A stretch of 64,000 nt of DNA from Gnetum montanum (taxonomy: Eukaryota > Plantae > Gnetophyta): the NCBI GenBank assembly GCA_015680685.1, contig MNCI01000651.1, forward strand, positions 1,350,603 through 1,414,602. The letters are read 5' to 3'. Shown piece by piece: positions 23,801-35,899 of the stretch. How positions within the stretch are numbered: the stretch's first letter is position 1; every line of letters begins with the position of its first letter. Below the pieces are notes generated by a model. The model saw only the letters and a program-made list of their open reading frames with translations, searched no databases and was not told the DNA's origin. A program made the position numbers and the translations under genes.

Positions 23801-26052
23801 ATCAACTAATTGGGAATTTCACGTGGTTGTGGGTAAAAGGGATGATCGATTGCATCTAGTTGGGTGGGATACAATGGCTAACCCTAAAAATGTCAAGGGC
23901 TTGGGATCCTCCGATTCCAAGATGTCATTGCAATGGGGTACCTGGGGCTTCCTAATCAGCTACTTCAGCATGACTATAGTCCAACTAGATGGATTACTCT
24001 TATGAACAATAAATATCAACAATGGGAGGCCATTGCGGGTGATTCTCATATCTGGCGGGCATTATGCACACCTGCGAGGGAGATGATGGTGTTGGGGCTT
24101 TTGGGTATGCCACCAAAGCAACTAGTCAAAGCTAAATATCTGGAGGTTAGGGGATGGCAGGGGTTATGGAAGGGCCAACTCCCCAGAAAAATGAAAATGT
24201 TTATATGGCTTGTCAATCATTCTACTATCCCTGTGCGACATGAATTACAATGGCAAGGGGTTACTGTTGATCCCATGTGTCCCTTTTGCAAATTGTGCAC
24301 ATTATTTTCCAATACTCATTTTCACGAAGAGTTTGGCAAACAACAAACATCCAACCGGCAATTGTGTTTGACAATGATTCCCAGGCTATTGTGATCCTAT
24401 GGGTGCTCTAGAGAATGCAGAACTACAGAATTTTTAGGGGGATCTTGCCACCACCGCTAGCACAAGTTGCTACGGTTGGAGTGCGGCTTTGGTGGGAGGC
24501 GCATTTGGCAATGGGGGTGACTCCCACCTACAAGCCATCTTGTACAGAGTACCGGGAGAACCCGATTCTCTAGAATATGGTTTCCATGGTGGGGTGGACA
24601 TATGTGCTGGCTCTGCTCAGGGGGGACCCTAACCTAGAAGATGGGCACTTTTATACCAATTGGCAAGGGGATAGGACACACTTTAGGAGGGTGCGCATTG
24701 AGCTTACAGAGGAGGCAATTGCGAACTACTTACACATGCTGACAAGGGGGGAGGAGGTGCCACTTCAGGGGTGGGGGCTGTCAGACACTTAGGATTTCTT
24801 TGTGGGGCTGGTGCCTAAGACCAGGAGTGGTCAGGTCCTAAAGGCGATGCTGGACCCTCTGTGGTAGGATGTGGTAGTTCTAGTCAATAGGTTCTTTGTG
24901 CACTCCGACAACACCTGGAAGTTGCTGGAAGTGCACTTCGGTTTCATGCAAAGCCTCCAAAAGGGGTATACGGTTAATCTACCTCATTTTTTCCTAGCGA
25001 CGTTGCAACAACAAAAGAGGGGTACACATTCGGGCCTTATTTTAGCTCTATGGCAAGTGGCTTAGGGGAAGGTTCAACTAGAACCAACGACTTCTCAAGT
25101 TCAGGCAAAGTATGGCCATCAACGGCTACGTTGCGTGGACCGAACGGTAGAGTCAAAGGACTCCGATGACCAGGGGTATTGGTGGATCTGCATGCTAGGG
25201 AAGGTTTTGGAGGGATTCCATCAAGGGTTCCAACTCAATCCCCGAAACAACAAAGTGGGAATAAGCCAATTGAGGTAGGGTCTAGGACTGTAGGGAGTCG
25301 GGACCTAGTTGAAGTAGCAACGCTGCATGTGCTGGAGGCTGACCTGCAGTAGCAAATCCAGGAGGAAGCATGCCAACGAGGCCCAAGCGAGGGCGGATCA
25401 AGAATGCAAGGAATAGGAAGAGAGAGAGGTGGCCTAGATTCAATAATAGCTAGATCAGGTGCATGAGAGCGGAGCACGAACCTGGATGAAAGAGTGACGA
25501 TGCCCCTATGTGATAATGAATATTGGTCGTCACCTACCCTAGGGAACCCTAAGGAAGCATATCAGACAGAGGGGGAAGAAGCTGCACCCAAACAACATAG
25601 GGGATGAAGCAGAATGCACTAGGAAAGCCAAAGCCTTTAAGGATTTCCAGCATGCAACAACTTTTGTCAACACAAAGCAGTACAAGGCTATTCTGGATGC
25701 TATTCACAGTCAAGAGTAGGTTATATGCCGCTGTACACACCTGCCATGCCATATATAGGTCATGACCTTGGGCTTTGGGTTTTGTTGGTTTCTGGTAGTC
25801 CTGTCTCTTTGTTTTGTTGGGTCTTTTGACTAGTGAATTAGTATTGGGGGGTCCACAAGGGTGACTCACCAATTTTGATTTTTTGATGTTGGGCAGTTGG
25901 TAGGTGGGGTCTAGGTTGACCTTGCCTTTTGTGATGGGGGCTTTTCTTTCTAGGAGTGGAGGGGAGAGACCTCCCCTCATTTTTGGGGCTGTACAAATCT
26001 CACGTAATTTTCTTTTTACGATTAATCTAACCCGAATACTTTTCAGAAAAAG
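20861..26052 (+). mobile_element. Extended-ORF2 LINE family, copy 'A' with both ends and a TSD (internal deletion between ORF1 and the endonuclease)
   Basis: Perfect 14-bp TSD GAAATCTTGCATAG at 20847-20860 and 26053-26066. ORF1 DUF4283-like (LIGK, GGP, PVWIQV), endonuclease (WILVGDFN, FTW), RT (LKLDITKAYD, LHQGDPLS, YLGLPL), zf-RVT, extension about 24500-25760, 3'UTR and A-rich end. Confidence 0.95.
24391..25760 (+). pseudogene. C-terminal extension of LINE ORF2 in copy A (accessory-ORF-like domain, coiled-coil, Cys/His tail); decayed
   Basis: Frame from 24391: VILWVL*RMQNYRIFRG...AMGVTPTY...VGWTYVL...FYTNWQGDRTHFRRVRIELTEEAIANYL...HFGFMQSLQKGYTVNLPHFFL...SGLILALW; later, after frameshifts, RCPYV...LHP...FKDFQHATTF...LDAIHSQE*VICRCTHLP. 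Homologous translations in five other copies. Confidence 0.85.
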
Positions 26053-27599
26053 GAAATCTTGCATAGAATGTTTACAGCAATGCTATTTGATTGTGATGAC
26101 TATCTTTTTTCTTAGAAAATCAGCAATTGGTTGAGAGCACCATCTGAATATAGTGTTTTTGTGCCAATTAGACATGATTCATTTTACTAACCTTTTGTTG
26201 CTGTTGAAATTCTAAAAGATCAGAAATTACGGTTGAGGAATATTAGAATTTATTCTAACTTGATTAGAAAATCAAAATACATCTGTCCGTCTAACATAAG
26301 CAAAATCAAAAGAAAAGTGGTATGCTATCTTTAATAGCAGCTAAAGCACATATGATATTACATGTACTCAGTATTTGAAAATGCTATCAAAAAATTTGTT
26401 AACATTATTAATTATGATTTGTTGATGTCTGTTGTTGTCATGACAACAGCTTGGGTGCTTGAATGTTTATTGTTTCTTATAGTATCTGAATGGGTCAATT
26501 AATGCGATTTCCCTCTCTATTGTTATTCTAATATTTTAAAATGTGTTATGGAAGCATGAAAAATGATTACAAGGGATAAGCAAATGGACATGAAGGGACA
26601 ACACAGAACTTCCTTCTTGTTTCCATGACAAAGTGATGATGTGGTAAAATATTTATGTTTTTTTCATGGCCTTGTGATTAGCTTTGATTCCTCTATTAGA
26701 GTTTCAATAATTTGATTTGTGAATTATTGTTCTGCATGATTATTGTCCTGACTGGCCAGTTCTTTGTTTAAACAAGTTTAGTAAGCCACACTGTCTAATT
26801 TCTAAGTTTCCATTTTTTATGAACAATGAATATTATATAGTTGGTAAAAATATTGTGAATAAACGTGGAGATAGTGTCATAGTTGCAATAATTTTGTTGT
26901 ATTTCGTTTTGCAATTTATCCAGCTTATGAATAAAATGTTTTCCAACATTTTGACTCTCCATATAACTGATTATCTAGCTTGCAGTTCACAAGTCACAAG
27001 TTTGATCCTGAGGAAAATTCTGAAACAAGTCCCAATCTAGAGGCATGGTAGGGCTACGGCATTGGGTAGACAATTGGCCATAAGGTAACCAGCATCAAAT
27101 TCTTTACCTAGCTTAACAGTTAACACGTTATGATGGGATAAAGGCACCATACTAATAGTGATGATATGTCTGATTATGTTTTGATATGTATAATTTAGAA
27201 TTGTTGAGGCAGATTGATTGAGTTGATTTGTCTGTTGCTTATCTAGAAGGCTATGAACATGATTACAAGTTTAGTTGTTTTCACATTTGTATTGCAGCTT
27301 AGGTGCATAGCATCTATTGAGAAATGTCAACACTCATATTGGCATTTACTTCTAGCTAGATCCTTGGGTCGTTGTTTGCATTATATAATTCTCTATGTTT
27401 ATGACCTACTTCGTGTGCTTAATTTATTGTTACCAATGCTAGACCATAGATAAAAATGCAGACAGGATAATGGATTGCCTTTTCAGGTAAAAGATTTCAA
27501 ATTGCAGATTGCTTGGACTTGCAACCAAAATCATGTGGAATCATATAAGTTCTTCATTTAGCTCAATCTTCTGTACACGGGAATTCATCTGAAGGTGAC

Positions 27600-30500
27600 C
27601 ACCTAATGACTGTACATAGTGAGGAGCAACAGGCGCAACAACAACAATGGCAGGAGCAGCAGCAACAGGCACAGCAACAGCAGGAGCAACAACAGAAGCA
27701 GCAGCAGCAACAGCAGGAGCAACAACCGGCGCAGCAACCGCTACTGCTGGGGATGGCCCCAATGGGTTGGGGGCTAAGAAACCCGGTGGCGCCATCGAGG
27801 CCCACTCCCGCAGTGACCACACCCTGCGGCTGCGAGTCCACCACCCCCCCATCGGAGGGCGTCCGCAGTATGGAGAGGAGCCTCATTGGCCGTTTCATCT
27901 CCCGAGGGGCCCGCCCACGGCTGGACCTCATCCACCGGTGGGTGAAGGAACAGTGGAAGTGGGTGATGTCGATGTTCGGAGCCTTTCTGAGGACCTGCTC
28001 CTCTTTATTCTCCCTTCCCTGCAGGCCAGGGATTCTATGTTGCTCGGTGGCCCGTGGTTCTACGGGGCTCAGGGGCTCGCCTTGACCCCATGGCATCCTG
28101 GGGCCCACCGAGAGGCCAACTTGTTTACCCGGGCCCCGGTCTGGGTGCGGGTGGCCGGCATTCCTTGGGAACTCTGGAACCTCGAGTTCCTAACGGAGGT
28201 TGCAGGGTTTTTTGGTGACTTCATTGCCCGTTTCTGCATCTGGCGCAGTCTGTCGGAGACTAACCTCATCCGGGCGGTAGTGCTGGAACTCCCTGGGGAA
28301 GAGGAAACCCTCCAAGTCACTTTCAAGAACCTGGGAGTGGATCCTGGCCCGACACGTGGTACGGACAGCCACGCAGGCAGGCCTGACGGTTGCAGGTGTT
28401 GCGGGAAACCCGAACACCTAGAAGCACAATGTCGATTCCGCAAGACGTGGCCGAGAGCCCCGGCCCGACGAAGGGGGCAACTGGGTCACCATGGGACGCA
28501 AAGGACAACTGCGTCCCCCGTCTGACCAACCCCCCTCCCGAAGTAACCCCACGACCAACCCCCCCTGCNNNNNNNNNNNNNNNNNNNNNNNNNNNNNNNN
28601 NNNNNNNNNNNNNNNNNNNNNNNNNNNNNNNNNNNNNNNNNNNNNNNNNNNNNNNNNNNNNNNNNNNNNNNNNNNNNNNNNNNNNNNNNNNNNNNNNNNN
28701 NNNNNNNNNNNNNNNNNNNNNNNNNNNNNNNNNNNNNNNNNNNNNNNNNNNNNNNNNNNNNNNNNNNNNNNNNNNNNNNNNNNNNNNNNNNNNNNNNNNN
28801 NNNNNNNNNNNNNNNNNNNNNNNNNNNNNNNNNNNNNNNNNNNNNNNNNNNNNNNNNNACAACCAACCCACACACCCCACGCGGCCTCCCCCCGGTCACC
28901 CACAACCCAGCCGAACACTACAGAACCGGGACCCGAGCTCCCCCCTTTGGGGGAATAGGTTAATGTGGTTCGGGGGAGCACCCGAACCTGACAACGCCAA
29001 GCGCAAGAGTCCCCCGCCAAGGAGGCTGAGTGCAGCCCAGTGGTGTGGGACGACGAGGGCCGCTCAGGCCGACCGACTGAGACCAGATCCAGGAGCAAAC
29101 AAGCCCAACGGAATATCGACTTGGGGCAGCAACAGACCCTTTGGGAGGTCTACCAACGCCACACCTCTGATCATACATGAAGGTTTTCAGCTAGAATTGC
29201 AAGGGACAGGGTACCCCCTATAAAAGAAATACCCTACGTCGTATTGTTAAAGAAGAAGACTGTGACATCGTTTGCCTCCAGGAGACCAAGCTGCAAGCAA
29301 TGGAATCATACCTTCTCCAACGGGAAGGTTGGGTTACCAAAATGCACCCCTGCCAAGGCAGGGCCGAGGGCCTTGCCATTCTGGCACATTACGCCATGCG
29401 ATTGGTAGACACTTCACAATGGGCCATCNNNNNNNNNNNNNNNNNNNNNNNNNNNNNNNNNNNNNNNNNNNNNNNNNNNNNNNNNNNNNNNNNNNNNNNN
29501 NNNNNNNNNNNNNNNNNNNNNNNNNNNNNNNNNNNNNNNNNNNNNNNNNNNNNNNNNNNNNNNNNNTCGGGTGCACAGGCTTTCCTGGACTTCTTGGCAA
29601 CTCACTCCCTGGTAGACTTACCCATTGAGAACTGCCAGTTCACCTGGAGCAACCGACGAAAAGGTTCGGACCATATCCTCTCCCGCATCGATCGGGTCTG
29701 TGTCAGCTCCAACCTCCTCCTCCGCTCCACCGTGCACATGACGGGGCAAGAAAGAGTCGCCTCCGATCACCGCTCGCTGGTCTGTTCGCTCGGACCGGAT
29801 AAGCCCCAGGCCCCACACCCTTTCCGTTTCGAGGCCACATGGCTCTCCAAACCATGGTTACGACCTTTGGTTGAGGATATCTAGGCTGATTATCGACCTA
29901 ATCGTGTTGACCCCCAAAATTTCCTCAAAGAGGCCTTGCTTCATCTAAAGTGGGCCATTCAGGCCCTCCCAATGGAGGAGAAATTTTCCTTCAGGACTGG
30001 TCAAAGGGTGGTTCAGGATCAGCTCAGTCAAATCCAGGCCCAACAGGAGATTGGGGAGGACTTGCATCTGGAGGAGCTGTGTCTCCTACGTCAACTCTAG
30101 ATCCTTGACCTGAAGGAGGAAACGTATTGGCGGTAGCGCTCCCGGGTCAGATGGCTTCGAGAAGGGGACAGACAAACAAAATTCTTCTTTGCCATGGCCA
30201 AAACTCGAGGTGAGAGCCAAGCCCGTTGCTTGCGAACCCAGACAGGCGAAGTTATCGACGACCCACAGGGGATCACCAATGAGCTGTCACAATACTGGGG
30301 GAAAATTTGGACCAAGCAGCCTACTCAACCCATCTCTGTCCACGTGGAGAAGGTGCTACATGAAGGAGACAATAGGCGGCTGATGGCCCCCTTCTCTTGG
30401 TTGGAACTAACTACCACTATCAACAGCATGCCGAGAGGGAAAGCGCCTGGACCTGATGGATGGTCTCTTGAATTCTTCAAGAGTTTTATGGATACTGTGG

Positions 30501-31905
30501 GGCCCAATATCCTGGATGTGTTCAACCTCATGTTAGCCAGGAGACAAGTGCGACGGGAAATCAATTACTCTCCACCCAAAGCACTTCCGTCCCATTGGAG
30601 TTTGCAACGTCCTTATTAGGATCTTCTCCAAGCTCCTAGTCAACCGGCTTGGGCCTCTTCTGCCCAAGCTGGTGGGAATCAATCAGGCTAGTTTTGTGCA
30701 GGGTAGGACCCTTCAGGATCAGGTTCTCCTCATGCAGGAGGTGTTGCACTCCCTCCGGACTACAGGCTTCCCCAGCCTATGTCTCAAGCTTGATATAGCT
30801 AAGGCATATGATATGCTCAATTGGGAAGCTTTGCAAGCCATTATGCATCGAAAAGGGTTTGACCAAAGTTTCATCCAACTGTGTATACACATCCAATCCT
30901 CCGTCCGTTTCTCGTTCGATGTGGGGGGGGCGGCTGTGGAGCTTCTCATCCCCTGGTAGGGGTTTGAGAGAGGGCGACCCACTTTCGCCCCTGCTCTTCA
31001 TCATTGCTATGGACCTCATGCAACATTATTGCAGCATGTCCAAGGTGGAGGGCTTGGACATCGCTGGGGTGGCCTACCGGGCCAAACACTACGCAGATGA
31101 CACCATGCTGCTCAGCCAAGCAGCGGCCCCACAAGCACGCTGTATTAACACAACCCTGACCCGACTAGCAGAGGAGTTGGGATTAGAAATTAACCACACC
31201 AAATCTGCGGCGCATTTCATTAATGTTGATGCGCAAGTAAAAGGCAAGGTGGTGCAAATCCTAGACATACAGCCTGGGACAACTAAAGACACATACCTGG
31301 GCATCCCGCTATTCCAATGGGGCCGAAACAATTCGTGGGGGGCACTCATGGCAAAGGTTGAAAGGCGGATGAACCACTGGGCCAATCGCTTCCCAACTCG
31401 CAAGGGTCGTCTCCTCGTGGCAACCGGGATTCTCATGGCCGTCACACGATTTGTGGCGGCCGTTGCCGTTCCCCCAAACGCCATCATCCAACAAATTAAC
31501 AAGATGGTACGAAGCTTNGCGGGGGGGTTGGGCATTACATCTTTCAAGGATGAAATCATGTTAGGGCAGCAACGGCTCCTGCACCGCCTAATGCGCCTGC
31601 ACGGGGAGCCGAGTCAGTGGGCCTGCATCATCAATGGTACGTACACGCAGTGGGAGGCCGAGACGCGTGCCTCACGGCCCTAGCAGACGATCTGCCAGCA
31701 CGCATGAATGATGCTAACCCAAGGTTGGCTGGACCTCGAGCCGCGCGCCCTGCTATTAGCGAAATATCCGCCGGAGGACGACTAGTAGCGGATCTGGTGC
31801 GAGCGGCTCCCCGAAAAAATAAAAAAAATCTTTTTATGGCTAGTACGATCTGATGTGCTCCCTGTACGTGCCATTCTGCACAGGCACGGCATCATGCAGG
31901 ACGAT
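27600..31905 (+). mobile_element. Same LINE family, CpG-rich copy 'C' with ORF1 and ORF2, truncated at zf-RVT
   Basis: ORF1 from about 27647 (A/T/G-rich N-terminus, GGPWFYG...PVWVRV, knuckle CRCCGKPEHLEAQC); ORF2 from ATG 29177 (MKVFS*NC, FTWSN, SRIDR, SDH, KAPGPDG, LKLDIAKAYD, LREGDPLSP, HYADD, YLGIP). Two N gaps. Confidence 0.95.
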
Positions 31906-33711
31906 TTTGAAAGATTTTTGCAATAGTCAAATACGTCTATTAACAAAAACATAAAAAAGCATACAGTAGATTCAGACGAGCAAGGTAAGGCTTCTTGTTT
32001 TAATGACTCTTGTTTCTATTGTTGGAAAGCTTCATGTGGAACATGGCATTCATTAAGGGACATAAGCATGAGCAAGGTACACACAGACTACATCCACAAC
32101 TATGGTAGGCTAACAGTAGCAATGCTAAGTACTTTCCTTGAGTTCCAACCAAAGGCTTTGACATTGCTGGCAATCATCGTCATACTCGTATTGCATTGCT
32201 TATGAATGCCTAAAATGCCAAATAAGATAAACAAACTATCACAAGTGTCAGGTTCCAATAGCCTTCAATGTTAAACTACTACCCATGTAGATAAAAATGG
32301 TGCCAAAACCACAGATGCACCATTCGAAGCACCACTACCATCATGGATGTTCATGTTTCATTAAATTTGGCTAGTTTTGTCAGATGAAACCAACTACAGG
32401 AAGACATAGATGCAAATAGACCATAACAACAGAGTGCAAAACTATAAAATCATGCACATTTGATTCCAAACTCACGATTTTAAAATGCACATTTTTCTAT
32501 GGATCACAATGCACTCAATATGGCAATTCTGATCTGATTCAATGCATTTTCTCTGGATCGCAATCTGGAATCATCTAGATCACAATTCTGATCCACATAT
32601 TTAATCTATGTGATAGACAAATTGCAAGCTAAACTTATGATGGTTGATCAAGTGTTTGAAAAAGGATTACTCGTGCATTTTTGGGTAAGATTTTGGGGGC
32701 TTCAAGTGTTAGATCTTGTCCCCTAGGCTAGAGCTTCCAATTGTCCTAAATAGCATAAGAGCATGTTAAGTTTTTATTGTTCAATTTGCAAAGCTTGTGC
32801 AGTTCGTGGATTACTCATCAATTGGGGTTCAAGATTGTTTCCAATAAATGATGATTTGTGCAACTTTTGTTTTACTCGGTTATTCAAGAGGTGGTTGTGC
32901 AAAGTTTGTGTAGCTTTCAATTTACTCATCACTCAGGGGTTGGATTTGATCAGTGCCAGTTTAGCCATGGTTTTAGAAATTAGTTTTTCATGATCACCAC
33001 AAGGATAAGTAAAAAGGTGAATTCTTCTTAAAGGCTATGTATTAGATGAATTTCAAATCATGTGGTCAATGGTTATGATTTATGGTTACAGTAAACAGTT
33101 ATTAACATGTCTTGACATTTTGCTTGTGTCCCAAACTATGATTTCTATAACAACATTGCAATTATTGCTGCATATTGGACTACCGTAACGGCATGAGTTA
33201 TCAGTTAGTTTCATCTTGGCTTTTGACATATTTGATTCTAGAATTATTAGTTTCAGCTTGACTTTGACATATGTGATTCTAACCTGGAATGGTTTAATTG
33301 TTGGACCATTGTTCATCTTGTAGTGCAAGGCTTAGTTTAAATGAAGGTCAAATATTGCTTTCCTTGCAAGACTATGACTCACCTCCCTTTATTTCACTTT
33401 TTAAGACGTGTAAGTGCATGGGATGTGCTAGGATGATGAAAGAGAGATGTGACTCAAAGGTCAAGTAAAGCATAGCTAGACGTAGACGTTGATCAATAGG
33501 AGTAACTTGCATTCTTGTAAATTTGAATCTGGTGTAGTCGAACTATTGATGTCACCTCATAATATGATTTGAAATACTGTAAAATAATGATAGATGAACA
33601 GTTAAGCTCCTATTTTGACTGTTACTGGTAATATCTTCGTTATTATTGTTCATTTAAAGTTTAATGATTTACATTATACCATTGTTAACAATTTTGGTGT
33701 TAATATGCCCT

Positions 33712-35340
33712 AATGGAGACTCCAAGGGGACCGCCATGCTCTAGACAATGTGGAAATTTAGAAATAACCTCATCTTTCAGGGTCAATGGCTCCTGCCACC
33801 AATTTCAGCTGCTGCTGCTAGAACATGGTTATGGCAGAAATCCTCGTGGAGCATGGGGCAAGCATAGTATTGTGAGCCGGTGGTGGGAGAGTTCTAGTAG
33901 GATGAAGAACTATGGCAATTGGTTACAAGGGTGGGGTGGGGCTGGATCATATTGAAGGGGTGCCTGATATTGCAGATGGCACCTTTTCAAGAATTGGGAA
34001 GGGGAGACAACAATATGCAGAGGAAGACAGATTCAGCTAATGAAGTCAACGATGGCAGTGGTGTTGGGGGTGCCATTAGGTGGGTGGGGGTGGGAAGGTG
34101 ATCCCATCGATACTTCACAGCTTTCAGTACGTGTCTGAATTCTTTGGGAGAGGGATCTCGAAGATAGTAACTGGGCATGTTCCCAAGTCTACACTACCAC
34201 GGATTTGGCAGGCAGCAGCAACTTTAATTGACAAATTTTTGGTGCAATCGAGTAGCTCGAATAGACTTGTAGGGGCTCACTTCGCCTTCCTTTAGTGCCT
34301 AAAATTTGGCATGCATGCAAACATCCGAAGATTCTTGCTAGAGTCCCTGATGAGGAAACAACCTAGTAGACATCTCGGTCTAGTTCTGGCCTTATGGTGG
34401 TCAGGGACACCGATCATTTTGAAGGAGCCGCAATCTGAGCCACAACGGGTGTATTATAAGAGGCACCTCCGTTACACTATTAATGGAGGACAGACAAGCG
34501 AGGGGGGGGAGGCAATTGAGGGAGGAAGCTAAGAGCAAAAAGTAAACCTTTACGAGGTGGCGCAAGGCAAGCAGGAGGCGATTATCATGATGACACACTG
34601 CGAGCTTGATGCCCTTGTACAAACAGCTAGGAGTGAAGTGGCGGGGACAGTGCATGAAGAGACAGAAGCAAAAGGAGAGGTGCAGTGGGATGCGCGTGTG
34701 TGGCAACTGATGACGCTAGCTGCATGCCAGAGGGCAAAGCTATAGAACCTACTCCATAGGAACAAAGCACAACAGGAAGAGACAAGCAACCAACTAATGG
34801 AAAGCATGATGAATGCACAAACTCCGACATAAGAGGAACAATAGGCACGGAGGCGACCAATGGATACCCAAGTCCATGAGCAAAATATGAACAAGGAAGG
34901 CCAGGATGTTTGCAGACAAACGCTGTAGGAGAAAGAGGAGCATAGGATAAATCTGCCAGGAAAGCCTAACAAAGTCACCACGCAAGAAAGCATACATTGG
35001 TGGAATCCCCACAAGGCATGATGGGTGTTGTTGTGTTTTGTCAGTTTTGTCACTTGTTTCTTTCACTTGCAGGGATGGAAAGAGCATGTTGAATTAGGTG
35101 ATTTCAAGTACAATATGGATAGCCTACCTGGGCCTTCATGGACATGGGGTTTTGTGTTTCAAGGGTGAGTCATTTTTTATAAGGGGTATGTGGGGGTGGC
35201 AACTATCGGGAATGGCAACGTCCCCCTAACTGGGGTCGGCTAGGGTAGCTGACAGGTGTTGTTTGGCTTCATGAGCTAAGCAACTTGTACATATCATTTT
35301 CTCTGGTTTGAATAAATCCCAATCACTTCTCGAAAAAAAG
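33712..35340 (+). mobile_element. Extended-ORF2 LINE family, 5'-truncated copy 'D'
   Basis: GDSKGTAML*TMWKFRNNLIFQG... runs in one frame to DEELWQLVTRVGW; later LIDKFLVQS...HFAFL*CLKFGMHANIRRFLL...LGLVLALW, coiled-coil, 3'UTR and A-tail at about 35333. Confidence 0.88.
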
Positions 35341-35899
35341 AATGTGACTTTTTAGTCAAGGCTTGTGGCTTGCATCCTCAAGCCACATGTGAGATCCAAA
35401 CAGGCTACCTATTGAGCTATACAAGCATTATGCAATTATTGAAATTACATTTGTCAAATAGATCCATAGGTAAAAATAGTTCCCATCTTGGTTTCAATTT
35501 GAATTTCACTAAAGAATAAACCATAGAACTTTAACACCCACTAGGGAACTACGAGTATTAGTACGTATTTGTAGTAGTGTAGGAACAGACCAAGTTTTTA
35601 CTCTACATTTCATGAGTTGAGATATTTGTTTGTGTCTTTTTAGGTGGGTTCTTTTGATATTTTATAGAAAAACAAGCTTGAAGGAGTGTTGGCGTGCAAT
35701 GGGCAATGCCATGGTTGAAGGCTAACTTTGAAGTGCTAAAAAGAATAACTGAAACATCTAAGAAAAGATATGACCCTAGCTTAGACAAGCTACTACATTT
35801 CAACAAGATCTAACCCTACCTTAGCACCCAACTCTAGGCTAGAAAGTATAAGAAAATGGTTGGATGTAAAATCTACTCCATGAGGAGCAATACAAACAT

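Larger units (their letters stand above)
20044..29566. other. Assembly gaps at 20044-20099, 28569-28858 and 29429-29566
   Basis: N runs, all inside the two GC/CpG-rich LINE copies; single Ns at 19433 and 31518. Confidence 0.98.

Noticed and set aside
24450-24900. LINE extension as a standard plant L1 RNase H
   Set aside because: No KxNxDG, EA.A..GL, ESD or N..AD motifs in any of the four copies; a structure search is needed to exclude it fully.
27541-28108. Poly-Q ORF (27606-28085) and Cys-rich, metallothionein-like ORF (27563-28108)
   Set aside because: Alternative-frame and antisense readings of the low-complexity 5' end of LINE ORF1.
31950-33700. Possible DNA-transposon remnant with GATC/GATTC-rich repeats (similar at 61210-61480)
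   Set aside because: No clear TIR/TSD pair or transposase motif.
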